Source: an uncultured Nitrospiraceae bacterium
GTDB taxonomy: Bacteria; Nitrospirota; Thermodesulfovibrionia; Thermodesulfovibrionales; UBA6898
Length of the DNA stretch: 64,000 nt
NCBI GenBank assembly: GCA_963811165.1
Contig: CAWEQH010000001.1
Span: 64,001-128,000, forward strand
Reading direction: 5' to 3'
In this document: positions 60,566 through 64,000 of the stretch, in pieces
Layout: each line of letters begins with the position of its first letter
Numbering within the stretch: position 1 is the stretch's first letter
Notes under the pieces: model-generated
Seen by the model: the letters and a program-made list of their open reading frames with translations, nothing else
Told to the model about the DNA's origin: nothing
The model's database searches: none
Position numbers and translations under genes: made by a program

Positions 60566-60735
60566 GAAAAAAGATGGAGTCGAGCATGCGTGAAGGAGGG
60601 GGCCATCTTTTCGCTCATTCTCGTCCCGTAAGCTTGGTTTCTGGACTCCGAGGCAATTTCTCGACCCGCTTTTACGGGTCAATACGAGAAATTGAAGCCG
60701 CTCAAAGACGATCCCATCCTTCGCGCCCGCCCTAT
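60566..60735 (-). ncRNA. Candidate structured small RNA (no family recognised)
   Basis: About 29-position closing stem, internal hairpin CAATTTCTCG...CGAGAAATTG, alternative 3' hairpin with U6. Confidence 0.4.
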
Positions 60736-60946
60736 CACTATTTCTTGTTTAAAGACAGATGCAGGACATGCGGAAAAAACTTTATCTGCGCCACCTTTGT
60801 AAGAGCAATGCTATGTAAAAAAACAGATCGTTTAAGTAAAGGGTCAGATTACACAGAAAATGCAAATTGCGACATTATAAAGTTTTTTGGAGTATGCCCT
60901 GAATCAATGTTAGCTTTACAAAGTCTTTCCGTGCGTGGTAGATTTC

Positions 60947-61324
60947 ATGATGAAATACGGCGAAAAGGCAATAAAAAGGACGAGACTTGAGATATGGGAA
61001 AACCCGCATCCCGAGCGTGATTACGAGGTCAATATCACCCTTCCCGAATTCACCTGTCTTTGTCCGAGGTCGGGTTATCCTGATTTTGCAACGTTCATCG
61101 TAAGGTACGTCCCCGATCAAAAGATCGTCGAGCTTAAATCTCTGAAACTTTACCTCAACGCGTTCAGAAACGAATACCTCTCCCATGAAGAGATTACGAA
61201 CAGGCTCTATTCCGAGCTGAAAAAAAAGCTAACGCCGAGGTTTTTGGAGGTGGTCGGAGACTTTAATCCGAGGGGGAACGTCAAGACTTCAATAAAGGTG
61301 AGTTCGGAACAGCAGAAGAAGTAA
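60947..61324 (+). CDS. queF: NADPH-dependent 7-cyano-7-deazaguanine reductase (preQ1 synthase)
   Basis: [33 protein letters not shown]. Confidence 0.95.
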   Translation: MMKYGEKAIKRTRLEIWENPHPERDYEVNITLPEFTCLCPRSGYPDFATFIVRYVPDQKIVELKSLKLYLNAFRNEYLSHEEITNRLYSELKKKLTPRFLEVVGDFNPRGNVKTSIKVSSEQQKK

Positions 61325-61659
61325 CTGTTTGCGTCGGTCAAGAGAAAAAACGCCTCGATTTCTCATGCCCAGTCGCTAAGTATCAGGCACTCGATATCTC
61401 TTACTCTCCCGAAAACCTTATCATTACAAACAAATCCTGTGGCCCCTCCGGAAAGAGCGGTTTAGTTCTACATATTTGTATTACGCATTGAAGTAGTGTG
61501 AGTTTTTGCAATGCATCCGGGAATTCCTTTTCTACGTGCTTCATAGCTCGCCGAAATTCCGCCTCTGACATTATGCCGAAATCGTCTCCTGTCCCCCACT
61601 GGAATTCAATAGAAATTGCATGCTACAATACCGAATCTTTTTCCCCGAGGTAGATAAAA

Positions 61660-63934
<2,275 letters not shown>

Positions 63935-64000
63935 ATGGCGAGGAAAAATACTACAAATCCGGATCCGGTTTTGATTAAGGATGTCCTTAACAAGCTTTCT
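63935..64000 (+). CDS. 5' fragment of the next gene, probably phosphoglycerate kinase
   Basis: ATG directly after the gap stop, RBS GAGGAG; MARKNTTNPDPVLIKDVLNKLS; identity inferred only from usual gap-pgk synteny. Confidence 0.45.
   Translation, partial: MARKNTTNPDPVLIKDVLNKLS

Noticed and set aside
60740..60946. Possible preQ1 riboswitch upstream of queF
   Set aside because: No preQ1-I stem-loop with A-rich tail or preQ1-II signature seen
60325..60990. 221-aa ORF spanning ogt to queF
   Set aside because: Overlaps both real genes out of frame, has no recognisable motifs, and crosses a structured non-coding segment
61430..61475. Minus-strand ACTAAACC...GGGCCACAGG resembling a GEMM/cGAMP riboswitch start
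   Set aside because: Lacks the GNRA-capped stem and GACGGAAAG junction, and no downstream minus-strand gene

Overview
Gene-dense bacterial chromosome segment, mostly housekeeping and accessory metabolism. Gene content and style suggest an anaerobic Nitrospirota (Thermodesulfovibrionia-like) or deltaproteobacterial genome; this is inference only. Core blocks: fumC/malic enzyme, cysK, trpB2-trpF, tRNA-Met, mreBCD-mrdA-rodA, glucan phosphorylase, an M16 protease pair, gyrA-rsmG, nth-like/RF-like/nfi, mnmG, ferritin, livKHMGF-acuB-gdh-pepN, a 13-heme cytochrome c + cytochrome b (CbcBA-like) pair, bpt, ogt, queF, gap and the start of a probable pgk. No CRISPR array, integrase, transposase or prophage was seen. 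Main signals not shown by the ORF track: (1) an exported thioredoxin-fold selenoprotein (W-U-P-Y-C, in-frame TGA plus SECIS-like hairpin) downstream of a DUF134 gene whose consensus sigma70 promoter overlaps a perfect 16-bp palindrome; (2) a shared upstream motif and a shared membrane segment linking the multiheme cytochrome operon to a small orphan membrane protein; (3) two unannotated, highly structured intergenic ncRNA candidates (about 44.07-44.23 kb, with repeated GUAAG-like loops, and about 60.57-60.73 kb); (4) two genes split by single-base frameshifts (CheB-CheR-PAS-kinase and glgP); (5) missed small genes (entericidin-family lipoprotein, STAS/SEC14-like protein). All calls come from reading the sequence; no database searches or folding programs were run.
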